A DNA stretch of 64,000 bases from a virus (taxonomy: Duplodnaviria; Caudoviricetes): IMG/VR virus record IMGVR_UViG_3300032138_000942, positions 1-64,000 of that record; one strand, 5' to 3'. Below, piece by piece: positions 49,501 to 60,200 of the stretch. Every line of letters starts with the position of its first letter. The stretch's first letter is position 1. The position numbers were made by a program, and so were the translations under genes. The notes beneath the pieces were generated by a model. The model worked only from the letters and a program-made list of their open reading frames with translations, was not told where the DNA came from and did not search any database.

Positions 49501-52500
49501 GCCACTGTAACTGATGGGCAGCAATTCATGGTTTTGATGAATCATAGAAACGCGGGCCTACAGGCCCCGAGTTGGAAGTTAACTTTTAAATCTTCTAATC
49601 CGTTGGTGAGAAAACAACGAGAGAATAACTTAATTAATATTCTCGAATATAAAACACTTCCCAAGCCTTATAAAGGGGACACAACGACTAATCTGAATTT
49701 AGATAACTTAAATCAAATACCACAGACAAGAGTCGTGAGACAATACATCGTGCCAGCCCCGACAAGCAAGTTTAAGCCACTAACGTTGACTCTTGTGAAT
49801 AAAGATGGCACAGGCCCCGAGATGACCGTAAAGACTACTTATTCCAATAATTTTGATTTTATGACCACCCCAGAAATCGATTTGAAACTTGGCCTGAGTC
49901 AAACTAATCAGCAGGAGTTTGACACAATCAAAAATTCAGGCGATCTTTCAATTTGTAAATTGATTTATCCGGAGACGATTTATCCTAAAGAGCAATACAC
50001 TTATTTGGCAAAGGTTCGTGGAAGAATTTCTTACTTCGAGTCCAGCGCAAGTGTTGACTTTAATCGGCAATTGGGGACACAAAGAACCTTCTGGAGAGAT
50101 ACTCCTAAAAACAGAAGACGAAGCAGCGACCATCAAGCTGTAAATTCACAAGGAATTCTTCTTTATCAAGGAGTTGGTTCGGCTTCTGTGGACGCGGGAT
50201 CAGGAGAGCTTTATAATCAATTCCGAGAATATTCGTGTGCCCTGTCTGTTTGGCCTCTTGATGCCGGCTATTTAAGTAACTCTTACGGTGAAGAATTTGC
50301 CAACTATTGGTATGACCCCGCGGGAGGAGACACTCTTGCCCTAGAGCCCCCTCAAGGGGCCTGGTACGACCAGCCTAACGGTGAACTTCTGACGCCCACA
50401 ATCAACCAGCTTTTGGCAGCAGTTTCACAAGAAGAGTTCCCAAGCGTGGATGATGACTATGATTGGAGAGGCCCCGTAACGGCGTCCCAGCAGCTTCTCT
50501 ATCCTAATAAATGGACGTCCAATCTCTCCGAGTCTGACGGAACTGTGGGAAGTAATCGTGGATATGACCAACGATATTTAACTTATAACTTTTATCGAGC
50601 AGACTCTCAATCCGGCAATCGTCCCTGGCTAGATTCATATGATGAATACGCTTCGGACATTAGAGTTATGGCTCAAGGCCACACTGTTCTGCCCGAGTTT
50701 AGAATTTCCGAACATATGGAATATTATATTGACAACGGGTTTGACTTCAATAATAAGTTTTTAACTTTGGCAGGAGCAAATATATCGGCCAGCGCCAATA
50801 CTGCCACTTCTAGTTATAATGAAGACTTCTTTAAGATATACTCTCATTCTGACTTCATGAAACACTTTGCCGCCCTGGATACTGCCGACAACAAGCTTTC
50901 GAGAATGACACTTAAATGCCACGGAATTAAAAAATTGCTTCCATATAATGGATTTTATCCAGCCCTTCGAACCACTCAATTAGGGAGTATGTTCTCTCAG
51001 TCATTTGGTCCATATATTTCAGGCTCCACGGCGGCTCAAACCGGCTCTTACGATGGGGAACGTATGAAGTCTATTCTTCAGCCTTTCTTCGCTCCTGGGA
51101 TCATGTACAACACAATTAAATCAGGTATCGCTGTTGACTTTCCCGTTTATACTGGCTCGATAGGGGGCGGAAGCTCATTCCTGGGCCGGTTCAGAAGACT
51201 GAGTGTGGCAGAGGGGTCTTTTTATAATTATAGAATGCCGTTTGAAGCCATTGTTGAACCCCAAAGATATCTCCCAGTCGACAACCCAACGGATTCCACC
51301 TCCGCTGCCATTTCCTTTCTTTATAATTGGACCGGCAGCACAGGCGTGAATCCCCCTATTTTTCCAGAACAAATATATGGGTCATGGACAGGAGAGTCGG
51401 ACTATAATTATAATTTGGCGATGAACAACTTCTTGGCGGAAGTTCCCAAGTTTTTCTTGAAAGACGGGAGCTTCACAACTTTTACATCAAAACCAGAAAA
51501 TCAATTTAAAACAATGAAGTCTGGGTCGACTTATTATATGGATGTCGTATTGGCTAAAACCTCTAAAATGATAATGGCTCAAGGACTGGGCAATGTTCCC
51601 CTTTTAGAGGTTACAGCGAGCGACGACAGCAGCAAAGGCCTTGTGGGTAATGATTTCCATGGACAGATCTTTGGACCAGCGTGTGAATACTTTAGAACAT
51701 CTGATGATATTCCTCATCCGAATTATGCTTCTGGCCAAGGTGCATATTATGCCGACACCATTTGTCAGGCAGATCCAGGGTTCGCCCCTCATACTCCCCC
51801 TTATTTTTACGGAGACGCCATAGCCAGAGTTTCTTTCACGCCAGAAAATCATGTGGTTCTTTTGGAAGGGGAAAGTAAATTCTTTACTTTAGATGAGATA
51901 TTAGCAGGTTGTAAAATCGACACCATTTACACATCGAGTTACACAGAGAATACCAATTGGCTACAGTTTGCTGTAAACAACTCTTATCCCGCTGGCTTAT
52001 CACAAATGAGATTATCCTCCTCAGTTAACCTTTTTGGAAAAAGCAGTATTAAAAAGGTAACCTATCAAGCTAATGCTCAAGAAGAGGGCAAGTTTGTGGC
52101 AGACACTGCCGAGGATCCCTCCGATTCGTCTTTTGATTTGTGGACCATTAGTCCTAAATTCGAATGTCCAGTTATAAATGTCTCATCGTCCACAGCTTCG
52201 GGCTCAGCCTACTCAACGTTGAAAGAAGCCTCCTTTGGTTATCAAACTGGCGATAGTGACGATCTATCAAACAAGCAAGGTCAATTTGGAGACATCACCT
52301 CAGTTAAATCTGTGTGGGGCCAGTATGGCACCCCCCCAAGTTCGTCCGAGGGAATTTTCCTCAAGCTCAAAGAAAGCTATCCAGACGTCTTAGAGGATCC
52401 GTCTTCAGGAGCACAGACCACGGGCTCGCTCATTGACATCTGTGGATTTCAACAGAGCACGAAAAGAGTTGGAGAGCTATCAGCAGAAAAAACAATTTCT

Positions 52501-53259
52501 GAAGCTGTTGTGGCAGTTCCTTTCGTTCAAAAAGCCGGGAAAAGAAAGTTCTTCCCTGTGTTAAAAACTCAGGTTAAATATGTTTTGGGAACGGCCACGA
52601 AGGGGGAAACCACGAAATTAACCAATAACGGGAAACTGCCGGGAGAGTCTATTACAACGATGGTGACGGCTTTACAAAAATATGTGCTCCCTCCTCATCT
52701 AGATTTCATCAATAACAAATCAGTTCAACCTTATGTTGCTTATGTTTTCGAGTTCGAACACAAACTAGACAGAAATGATTTATCGGACATTTGGCAAAAT
52801 CTCATGCCACAGATTGCCAAGACGGCTCAAGAGCAGACTGTTACTCTTTCTCACTCAATGGACAAGAACGAATTCTTCGCTGGATGCTCCATCCCACCAG
52901 AAACTCAATGGATGATCTTTAAGGTCAAGAGGCGAGCTTCATTTAATTATTTTGCGGCGACAGCGGATTCCACAGACGATGATCGATTTGCTTTCCAGTT
53001 CGAGGTTGGCGGAGAGAAGAAGGTTCCAGATTATAGTTATAACTGGCCTTATGATTATTTCTCTCTCGTTGAATTGGCAAAGATTGACGCCGAAGCTGAG
53101 TTTGACTTTCCTCATTGTAAGCCCCCTCCTGGAACACCACCCCCACCATCAGCAGAAGCAGGGGGAGATTCCCAAGATAACGGCACCAGTCCACCACCGC
53201 CCCCAGATCCACCCACTCCTCCTTCCCCCGGTAATGTTGGTGGCACCGTAGTCTATTAA
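43504..53259 (+). CDS. 3251-aa virion protein with LamG/ConA-like domain and baseplate-wedge-like YKxKGT motif
   Basis: TVEFW.K, WHHYA.T, FYVDG, G.LDEFRFW; IYKTKGTENS; Pro-rich C-terminus. Confidence 0.75.
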   Translation: MSLKDLFKQGNISKILVAKSAEEIGKEAESERYVWSRKEERNRLIPQIDFSDPKNFAKFGSAEEYYVQSIKRIYSTYPYDGSRYEKQAWENSSSYLDLYVFEELYPRTTGHAIFSPDNAGNGWGTISNTIGQYDLPSDQEYIFFKGGPHPNRNSSKIKEAFPNLETRQSGNVGANLYELADHRESNLKIGGIDGNTVEFWLKKPNLLPDINDGGFEVLFDCYTTSSVSSSTDYARLRIEISGATTDDATVGATSGSPFYVTYMSGTNGLHREQIGNITAEDVADEKWHHYALTFKNTGALGPVEDQLPPIWQNNRKDIQVNFYVDGRYDAGIVTGSSVDYVSGALVANIGSLVAAPSASGMTDSAVFSATPGNGTLVDMGFMKGYGKLSGSLDEFRFWKEGRTAREVGLNWKSPIGAGTNLDLANTQLGVYYKFNEGITQTSSVDSTVIDYSGRVTNGYWTGYVEAARATGSAIVESSASAEEFKDPILYSFHPKVDSLEYHKKYEGRAYDLNNPGSFYRMFPDWILSEDSESGQNLLKLTQIMSSYFDTLYLQLKQLPAIKNVQYLSSSVGATGSYKPLPFMDRVLESQGFVTADMFADATIIEKYLDKDDHKLFTEKLSDIKNLIYQNIHNNLVNIYKTKGTENSFRNFIRCFGIDEDLIQLNIYTNNQSYEIKQNYRYRSERKNYIDFGTYGDHEAAVYQFKSGSASSGFLSASKTAFSESGMSQTFECELIAPPPPNPTVQGVSLYPYITSSVFGVQQVNYSADGTVDEDDTSWELGRTEDDYANFQVFIARPGVGSTTGKFVLTGSNASGITELTSSYYVDLYDDRKWNLAVRVVPKASPWMDTVSGSEPQGDEDGLGYRVEFYGVNYDANTVRDSFYLTASLAPQASSADTNDARGDGFLQNGKRMYIGALRTNFTGAVVQRTDLKISSTRAWMGNISNEVVNAHAIDASNIGTLRPYESAYLFENSASYALSPVSPMSKTNQGSNQYVPSIATLALNWDFKTLTGSSGGGTFSVLDASSGSTADIGRYGWLGNILEMQHPGKGSFFRNSQTNVVDTNYLNSAKQLDPESVNSLDMVEILSRDDTYFTRETRPINYYFMLEKSMYRTITEQMLNYFGTIKDFNDLIGSPVYRYRKEYKAMEKLRQLFFEKVGNTPDLDKYIEYYRWLDSAIGTMAEQLYPASADHTQGLKTVIESHVLERNKYQYKYPSIERGRDYDKIGEGESQIRFAAGQTMRETVGNWFTYGYPIKLNPLDLAAAPNWWNARAERDKTPEITSGVASVDVLREIYRKIIYNPKTLALGAYNYRRGTKTNLNDVYNPPTAKSGPSRAYPQTRLTHGFANGANSFRDSSSDLIKPDLQLESGSVPDLRYNQSPDVQPSPLHDVDVNLERFPKIKIEPKINILDEERAERNQIKTMEGLPSLYSSSLGLRFANIQQDVSHGAEVPLQGPFVKKYVGGYESRNVPISTASQGSSDRIERFRISAPASDLVASTAASLADILTLAGFSDNDKFTVNIPSAMGGTGTDITIKMVGGTPSAATSNQVEISTAGTVAAILARFVIAIAGGTPSPSTSVAYGAGSGDVTNGVAGITAALGTSPTLTVTATNTGRAGNDIIFTDVVGTMVAGGSHGSSPAYLIGGVGGDVYIYPPTKTNAGVENLHLPRADINRGTRRPYNIRNIQQLTASALQTSTVLGNYEENYQIVMTSGRSINDPWFAKNSGSIGSTTPEMPFLTGTLNYEIPVRTVVKSIIVERFSSPGGFEVQSLGYLDPQAEEKSVYNALPFKNRMVLNGSGSSDWTTTEDNDRTHLGIYTNIHSASGDGYNLLSSRHCGKFGIDSVYGTIRANDYDTVPSYQNVPRNTLHTLKYSNTAFSDALVEYNSLNYITASVYNNLFYNAPIPQSELQYAWISASLESASIHPLVGYTSNGRVFNGLVSGSNGFEDPIHFYKGEEASAYYGGYPSDLVGLNTLVVDTILTASNLISASTTTDYRNTAFATVTDGQQFMVLMNHRNAGLQAPSWKLTFKSSNPLVRKQRENNLINILEYKTLPKPYKGDTTTNLNLDNLNQIPQTRVVRQYIVPAPTSKFKPLTLTLVNKDGTGPEMTVKTTYSNNFDFMTTPEIDLKLGLSQTNQQEFDTIKNSGDLSICKLIYPETIYPKEQYTYLAKVRGRISYFESSASVDFNRQLGTQRTFWRDTPKNRRRSSDHQAVNSQGILLYQGVGSASVDAGSGELYNQFREYSCALSVWPLDAGYLSNSYGEEFANYWYDPAGGDTLALEPPQGAWYDQPNGELLTPTINQLLAAVSQEEFPSVDDDYDWRGPVTASQQLLYPNKWTSNLSESDGTVGSNRGYDQRYLTYNFYRADSQSGNRPWLDSYDEYASDIRVMAQGHTVLPEFRISEHMEYYIDNGFDFNNKFLTLAGANISASANTATSSYNEDFFKIYSHSDFMKHFAALDTADNKLSRMTLKCHGIKKLLPYNGFYPALRTTQLGSMFSQSFGPYISGSTAAQTGSYDGERMKSILQPFFAPGIMYNTIKSGIAVDFPVYTGSIGGGSSFLGRFRRLSVAEGSFYNYRMPFEAIVEPQRYLPVDNPTDSTSAAISFLYNWTGSTGVNPPIFPEQIYGSWTGESDYNYNLAMNNFLAEVPKFFLKDGSFTTFTSKPENQFKTMKSGSTYYMDVVLAKTSKMIMAQGLGNVPLLEVTASDDSSKGLVGNDFHGQIFGPACEYFRTSDDIPHPNYASGQGAYYADTICQADPGFAPHTPPYFYGDAIARVSFTPENHVVLLEGESKFFTLDEILAGCKIDTIYTSSYTENTNWLQFAVNNSYPAGLSQMRLSSSVNLFGKSSIKKVTYQANAQEEGKFVADTAEDPSDSSFDLWTISPKFECPVINVSSSTASGSAYSTLKEASFGYQTGDSDDLSNKQGQFGDITSVKSVWGQYGTPPSSSEGIFLKLKESYPDVLEDPSSGAQTTGSLIDICGFQQSTKRVGELSAEKTISEAVVAVPFVQKAGKRKFFPVLKTQVKYVLGTATKGETTKLTNNGKLPGESITTMVTALQKYVLPPHLDFINNKSVQPYVAYVFEFEHKLDRNDLSDIWQNLMPQIAKTAQEQTVTLSHSMDKNEFFAGCSIPPETQWMIFKVKRRASFNYFAATADSTDDDRFAFQFEVGGEKKVPDYSYNWPYDYFSLVELAKIDAEAEFDFPHCKPPPGTPPPPSAEAGGDSQDNGTSPPPPPDPPTPPSPGNVGGTVVY

Positions 53260-53306
53260 TTTAGTTGATGTTAAAAGTTATAAAGCTGGATAATTATTGA
53301 AAGAAT

Positions 53307-54320
53307 ATGAAGTTTTTTAATCCTAAAGAAGAAGTTATTGATATACAGCTTAGCCCATATGGGAAACGTCTGCTGGCCAAAGGGGAGCTTAAGCCCGTTT
53401 ATTATGCTTTTTATGATGATGACATTCTATATGACGGAGCACTCGGTGGAATAACTGAGAATCAAAACGAGGCTCAAGAGAGGATTAAAAACAACACTCC
53501 AAGATTACAAACACAAGGTGTTCATGAAAGTATCCGTTCTACAATTGGACAGAACTTAGAAATATTAGATAATCAATATCAATATCAGACTTTCAAAGAA
53601 AGTGAACATGTTCTTGGCCTTCCATTGGGGCAGTCTTCTTTATCTGGAAATGTCGCTCCGGCTTGGAATATAAAATATTATCATAATAAACTTAACGAAT
53701 GTAACTCTTATATCACTAGCTCTGGCGGGACTTTAAGGGTCCCCCAATTGGATTCCAAGATTGAATACACCACATATATCTCTTATTTAACACCAGGTGG
53801 CGGGGCTCCCACAGAAGAAATGGCCCGACGACAACAAAATTATATAGCCAATAGTTTTCCAAGCTTAGATGAGGAGCCAGGTGAAAGTGATCCGAGCCCA
53901 CCAGGCCCTGGAATGTATCTGGAAAATTATATATTCGATGATTATTCTAAGATATTTGTTAAAGAAGACGGCATCTTTTTAGACGTTAGAGAGGCAAATA
54001 CTCAATATCTCCGAGAGAATTTTGATATTGAAGTTTATATAAGTGATATCGAAGGGGGCGAAGAAAAAAACACCAGTCAACTTTATTTTAGAGGAGACGT
54101 ATTGTCGGACCCAACTCCGGCTAATGTCGAATACTGGTTAGAAATCGCCGCCGACGGAGAAATACCAGAAGCAGCCTATTGCCAATTACAGATCCCATTA
54201 ACAAAGAAAGAAACAATGGGGGATTCAGTATATGGATGTCCTGATATAAGTGGAGATAAGGGCGGAACCACCTTGAGAAACCTCTATGCTCAGGTTGAGC
54301 CCGACGAGGAGCCCTGCTAA
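53307..54320 (+). CDS. structural protein, N-terminus related to 60831..61796
   Basis: D.QLS.YGKRLLA...YYAFYDDDILY versus DAVLT.TGRMRLA...KFALGDDEINY; ATAATTA motif upstream. Confidence 0.6.
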   Translation: MKFFNPKEEVIDIQLSPYGKRLLAKGELKPVYYAFYDDDILYDGALGGITENQNEAQERIKNNTPRLQTQGVHESIRSTIGQNLEILDNQYQYQTFKESEHVLGLPLGQSSLSGNVAPAWNIKYYHNKLNECNSYITSSGGTLRVPQLDSKIEYTTYISYLTPGGGAPTEEMARRQQNYIANSFPSLDEEPGESDPSPPGPGMYLENYIFDDYSKIFVKEDGIFLDVREANTQYLRENFDIEVYISDIEGGEEKNTSQLYFRGDVLSDPTPANVEYWLEIAADGEIPEAAYCQLQIPLTKKETMGDSVYGCPDISGDKGGTTLRNLYAQVEPDEEPC

Positions 54321-57247
54321 TGGCGTATCAGGATTATAAAAATTCACTTGTAAAATTAATGAATCCTCGAATTTTTATCGAAGGAACGCCCACTGCTCCT
54401 CTGGCGACTGTAGATTTCGAAGCAGAAATGCTCATTTCGGGAATCAACGGAGTGTATAATCTTCAATCTGGGTGGTTTTTTGATTCCTATTTTAATAAGT
54501 CTTTGGTGGTGTATGTTTTTCAAATTCAGGATACAGAACAGTTTAATTTGCTTCAACAAATGAACATTAATGATTTAGCAACCTTTCTTTACGACATAAA
54601 AAAGAATCTTGCCCATCAAGCCGCCACCACCCCCAAGTTGGATGCCTCTGACATTGAAAAGCTCGGATTTGCTTACGACGATAAAGGAAACAAGGTTTAT
54701 AAAATCCCCTTTAATCTAGATAAACCATTTCAATTGACACCAAACTCCCCAACTTTGGCTTATATTTTCCTCCCAGTTGTGGAGACGGGCACAAAGCCGG
54801 TTTTTGGAGGAGCTATTTGGAAAGAGGCACTTCGTAATGGAGATGTGGCAACAGAGACTAAACAATATGTGGTCAGTCCCACTAATGCCGAGCGGCTCCC
54901 CAGGACAACCGTCGAACAAAAACATTATCATGTTTATTCTATTGACGATAGCGGGAATGGCACAGCCACCTCAGCTTTTCCAGAAGGAGCAAGCCCCACC
55001 GCGGAAAACTATAACGAATCTGCCCAACACCAGCATAACGTTGTTAACGGAAAAGTCCAGTCATCCGTGTCCACCGTAACTGGCAAGGCCCACATTCATG
55101 AGCTAGAAGATGTTTCGGTCGTTTCTAAAGAAAACACAGGGGTGGTTAAAGTTTCCGTTGTTTCAAAAGAACACCTGGGCGATCTTTTGGGCGAAAAAAC
55201 CCCACTCCAAAAAGAGGTGCCCATGCTTCGAACGCCAATTGGAACAGTGCCCACTGTGCCGTCACTAGTGGGAAATTTAAGTAAAACGAATATTTTAAGA
55301 GAAATGAACCGGATGCCCATGTTTTCAGAATTAATGCTTTCAAAAAACGAACAAAATGTAAATGTCTTTATATTTGGCATTAATTTGAATCAGGTTATCA
55401 AGAAAAGCACAGTGTTTCCACACTTGTCACCTTCTAGTCCCCTTAAACGACAATTGGTCTCTAATTCACGAATATCTTCACTTAAGGTTTATCGGATACA
55501 AATAGGCGCTGGAGATAAAACACCAGAAGTGAACTCATTTGAATCACCTTTTTTGGTGGCCAGTTCGCTCGATGGTCCGGTTTCGGGGGTCCTTGAAACA
55601 CAAAAACGATATCTCAACCACCAGAATCAGGTCACCATCCCAAAAACATCCAAGGCCGCGGCGAAGCTGAAATACATCGGAGAGATCCGGCAGATAAACA
55701 TTCCAAATATTAATCCAGGGGTTAGACATTATCAAGTAACGGACCACAATTCTTCCACTTTAATCAATGGGAATTTTAAATATTATGTTGAGGTGGAAAT
55801 CGAAGATGCCATCTTCGCCGCCCTTACGGGAGCAATTCAAAAACTGAAATCCTCAGAGACTAATCTGAGCACGTATTTAACCACAGCAGAAGCTAATTTT
55901 GATCCAATAAGTCAACGATTTAGACCTGACTTCGTAAACGAAACCCACAAAAATTCTAATTTTATGGGGGAGCTATCCAACTATGCCAGCACTTACATTA
56001 ACATACTTTCCTATTTTTCTTCAACAGTCAATATTACTCCCAAACTAGTGATGGGCCTATTGGATCCGAAGACTGCAACCTTGACCACTATAAGTCGAGT
56101 TGTTGAGGCTCACAACACTTTAATTGAGTTTATAAACTCTATATTAAACAAGTCTGTGGGAGGGGAAACCAAGAAGACCGCCGTTGAGGGTATTCGTGCT
56201 GATGAGTCGGGAAAGAACTCTCTTAAACGAAAAATTGAATTGATCCACAACTTTAATAATAACCCCTTTTTAAGATCGGTCATGAGCCCTCGGTCGGTGG
56301 GATATGCTTTTTTTGACAGGGTTGACTCGCCCCAAGCAGCCATCAACTCGTTCCCTCACATAAGCACGACCCAGCTAAGAAGCAGGTTCCAAAAAGAAAT
56401 AAAAAAAGTAAATTTACCTTCGGGAGGAGAAAACATTACTATATTAGGAAAACAGGTCCCAATTAACTCGGTGGGAGAACTCACCCCTTCAAGAGTATTG
56501 TTGGGATCCCCGGAAGACAAGCTCGTTAACACTTCAAGTAATTTAGAAAATCTTAATGTAAATTTACAAATAACTCAAATAAACGACAATGACAATATAC
56601 ATGTGACCCAAAAAAGATCAACAGAAGAAGAAACACTCAGTAACTTATATAAATGTAATCATGATAATAACATGTGTGTTCAGGAGGCCACCCAGATCGA
56701 GGGCTGTGTACAATCCCATTCTCTGGTGGATGTCGTGGATGACAAAACAGAAATGACCCAACCAGGAGAAGACACAACTCAGATAGAGAAAGAAATACAA
56801 AGTAAAGAACATACCAACTTGGCCAACTTGACTCTTTTAGAGGGCTTGTTCAATGCTTCTTTTTCGAATAACCCCTTTATAAAAAATAGCCAATTCGTCT
56901 CAGAAATTAAAAAAATGACCCAAGAAGAACTGAATACTCTTCCTTTTCACATTTTAGCTTTAGCTCCCCAGGCATTGTCCCCAAAGCCAACCATTAATTG
57001 GTCTCAAGCTTATCAAAGTTATATGAACGTATATAAGATGGAGGTTTTCAATGGTTATGAGGTCTTGGGAGATGGAGAGTGTTCTGTCCTTTCTCCAATT
57101 TTTCAAGAAGTAACAAGCCTAGATCAGGTTAAGAGTCCATCAATTTGTCGATTGGTAAGTTATGAAAATGCTTTACTAAAAGTTGGGAAAGAAGAGAGGC
57201 TTTCACTCCCACTAATTGGGACTTATTTTCTTGGAGGCGGTGAATAA
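54320..57247 (+). CDS. 975-aa hypothetical (probable structural) protein with HxH insert
   Basis: TAATG-coupled ORF; HYH, HQH and HIH motifs. Confidence 0.65.
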   Translation: MAYQDYKNSLVKLMNPRIFIEGTPTAPLATVDFEAEMLISGINGVYNLQSGWFFDSYFNKSLVVYVFQIQDTEQFNLLQQMNINDLATFLYDIKKNLAHQAATTPKLDASDIEKLGFAYDDKGNKVYKIPFNLDKPFQLTPNSPTLAYIFLPVVETGTKPVFGGAIWKEALRNGDVATETKQYVVSPTNAERLPRTTVEQKHYHVYSIDDSGNGTATSAFPEGASPTAENYNESAQHQHNVVNGKVQSSVSTVTGKAHIHELEDVSVVSKENTGVVKVSVVSKEHLGDLLGEKTPLQKEVPMLRTPIGTVPTVPSLVGNLSKTNILREMNRMPMFSELMLSKNEQNVNVFIFGINLNQVIKKSTVFPHLSPSSPLKRQLVSNSRISSLKVYRIQIGAGDKTPEVNSFESPFLVASSLDGPVSGVLETQKRYLNHQNQVTIPKTSKAAAKLKYIGEIRQINIPNINPGVRHYQVTDHNSSTLINGNFKYYVEVEIEDAIFAALTGAIQKLKSSETNLSTYLTTAEANFDPISQRFRPDFVNETHKNSNFMGELSNYASTYINILSYFSSTVNITPKLVMGLLDPKTATLTTISRVVEAHNTLIEFINSILNKSVGGETKKTAVEGIRADESGKNSLKRKIELIHNFNNNPFLRSVMSPRSVGYAFFDRVDSPQAAINSFPHISTTQLRSRFQKEIKKVNLPSGGENITILGKQVPINSVGELTPSRVLLGSPEDKLVNTSSNLENLNVNLQITQINDNDNIHVTQKRSTEEETLSNLYKCNHDNNMCVQEATQIEGCVQSHSLVDVVDDKTEMTQPGEDTTQIEKEIQSKEHTNLANLTLLEGLFNASFSNNPFIKNSQFVSEIKKMTQEELNTLPFHILALAPQALSPKPTINWSQAYQSYMNVYKMEVFNGYEVLGDGECSVLSPIFQEVTSLDQVKSPSICRLVSYENALLKVGKEERLSLPLIGTYFLGGGE

Positions 57248-60200
57248 TGAACGGCTACAACCCCCCATTTGATCTTAAGAAGGCTTTTAAAGAATTTGTA
57301 GAAAAAACTGAAGCTTCTAAAGAGTTTAAAAAAGTAGAAACAAACCCAGGCAAAAAAGGCCCCGCCGTTGTAGAAAAAACTGAAGCTTCTAAAGAGTTTA
57401 AAAAAGTAGAGACAGCACCAGGCAAGAATAACAATGTTTCCCCTCAAGATATCCCTTTCGAGACCATAGCTCAGATTGCCGAGTTCAACGCCAAGCCACT
57501 CCCCCAGGCACCATCGGTGTTTGGCCCTCGATTTTTTAATGCCGGAACGCTCGTTAATGATAATACTCATCCCGACGTGTGGCCGATGTTAAAAACCTCG
57601 TTACAGTTGGACTCGACGAATTTTAAATACATTGCCTGGAGCCAGCCAAGTAAGTTAGTAAAGGTGGACCACGGACGACTCTATACTGGAAATACGTGGA
57701 CAACTTCTCGCCCCTTAAACGCCCAACCAGGCTCCCAGGCCTCCCTGTTGTTGATGAAAGATCTGCTTGGTCCGCAACAAAACTATGGAGCGCCAAATGG
57801 AGTCACTATCGTTACAAAGGATTTTGTAGATGTGGTCAAGCTTCCCTTCACTTTAGAAATAAAAGATGCTATAGTTTATTTAAATGAAAACACTTTTTCT
57901 AAACTTTATGAGAATAATAATATGGCAGAAAGGCTGGTGTCTCTCTATTATGGCACTCCCTCATACACAGTAAAGGTCTGGGCCAACCCTTCAGGTCTTG
58001 GCTGGTCCCTAGACAATACAGTCCACGAGCCAGATCCTTCAACAGGAGTGGGAACAATTGTTGGGGATAAAAACACCTGTGTCAAAGAGTCCTTTCTGTT
58101 CAGGGTGCCGCCCAACACCCCTAACGATACGGGACCATATCGAGATCAGCTTCAAGCATTACGATATTTAAGGACTAAAGTGGCACAGTCATCTGGGGCG
58201 ACTAACGGGATGTGGTACGACCATGTGTGTGAATATGACACTCCCGCCTTCACTGATAATTTTCAAGAAATCACAAGCCAACTCACCACGGAACGATCTT
58301 TAAAGATAGAGTCTTCGGCCACCTATAATTACTATAAGCCGGGATACGAGAAAGTTATCGCCCCCACTGAATTCTCTCACAATTCGTTACCCGATTATAA
58401 TATTATGGCGGCCCACCAAAGATGGTCCCCATCTCAGAAAGCAATGCTGGAGACTTTTGATAATGACGAAAGCATGGTTAATAATTCAGATTTCAATGCT
58501 TATTATAAATATGTGTCATTGGAGGCCCAACTAGATAGCGATATTGAAAAGCCATTTGCCAACTATGGGTCTTTACAAGGAAACACATGGTATTATCTGG
58601 ACAAATGGACCAAGGTTATGGAAGCTGGATATCCTAATCAGTGGTTCGATAAAAAGTATAGTAATTTAACATTCCCTGCTTTCGCCATGATGGATCATTG
58701 CTTAAAAGAACTTCCGGGAGGAACCATTAATCAGTATCCCATGTTTAACCACATTCGCCTGAAACTGCCTAATTCTAAGCCAGTATCTCCCAACACTACT
58801 GAGGACTCACCCATGAAGTGGAATTATAAAATGTTCACTGGCGTAGAAGATGGCATAAAACGACAGTCTCTAGACTTAGCCTACTTAAGCCGTTTTAATA
58901 AATACCAAGAGGGAACAAAGGCTGGAGGACCCCAGGTTTACCCCACTTTTGTTCAAGGAGATTCGGCTGTTAATCCCTGGAGCGAGGCTCAATATTGGAA
59001 AGACTTGAGCCCTGTGAAGGGGAATTATGTTCAGCCTTATAAGTCGGGGCTGGAGTGGAAATACACCACTACTGGGGGTCACGATGGGGACCTCCACACG
59101 GCCATGGATTTCATCAAGTTTTTGGGGAATTTATTAAAATTTGGGTCTAGACTTTATGGCTACACGTATGGCCTCCTTAATGATCCCTGGCCCGATTCGT
59201 TGCCGTTTTTAATGAGCAACAATAAAAATGTGGAAGTAGCTTTACAAATGATAGAACCAAATTGGATAGGCGGACACAATAATACACTAGATAACTGGCT
59301 TGACCGCCTAACTCCCTATCTGAGACGAACTAGGAGTTTTTCTGAAATACTGGAAGGGAAACTCGCCCCCTCTATCACCCTTGGTTTTAAAATATTAAAA
59401 TATGGTTTTGACGCCCAGGGGAACAGGACACCCGATCCTATTTCAACCTATTTTCTTTCCAACACCAATGATCTAAAAGAGCAAAAAAATAAATATTTTG
59501 ATTTTTACGACACACGAGTAAAATACGGAGAAAAATATCAATATGATATTGTTGGACTACACCTGATCCTGGGCACTCGTTACGCCTATACTCATGTGGG
59601 TGACAAAGTTATAGAGGGCGACCCCACCGGTGACATAGGTCCTTTGAATAGTTGGCACAAATTTACAGCAGAAGTAACATCGTGGCCAGATATCAAAATA
59701 GTAGAGCTTCCTTATCAGAATAATATCGTCCTCCGAATGATGGACAAGCCACCTTTGGCACCGGAAATCGAGCCGGTTCCATTTAAAGGGGTCGATAACA
59801 AATTACTCTGGCTTATTCGTCCTCAATATGGCTCTAGAAAAGAGGTTCCTATTTCTATTTTACCCCAAGACACAGGGATTTTCAACAAACAATACGAAGC
59901 CCAATACGGGGGTGTCGTTGGACAAGGAGAATTTTCAAGCGGAACGGGACAAATGGCCGAACAAGAACAGTGGGCTGAAAAGCAACAGGGCTTCGCTGAG
60001 ATCGGGATTACCCCATTGGAATTTAAGGGAGACGACCTTACCCAAAAATATCAAATGTTTAGGCTGTCTACACCGCCTAAGAGTTATGGATCCTTCGCTA
60101 ACGCCGAATTGATAACTGAAATATCAAGCGAAAGATCGACCTCAACAAGCTTTCTCGATACTTTGACCCCAAATCACAAATATTATTATACTTTTAGATC

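Noticed and set aside
53120-53235. C-rich tract as a DNA-level element
   Set aside because: Explained by the poly-proline coding tail of the 3251-aa protein.
32065-53259. Inteins, introns or diversity-generating retroelement targets in the giant genes
   Set aside because: No intein splice or LAGLIDADG motifs, reverse transcriptase or template/variable repeat pair recognised by eye.
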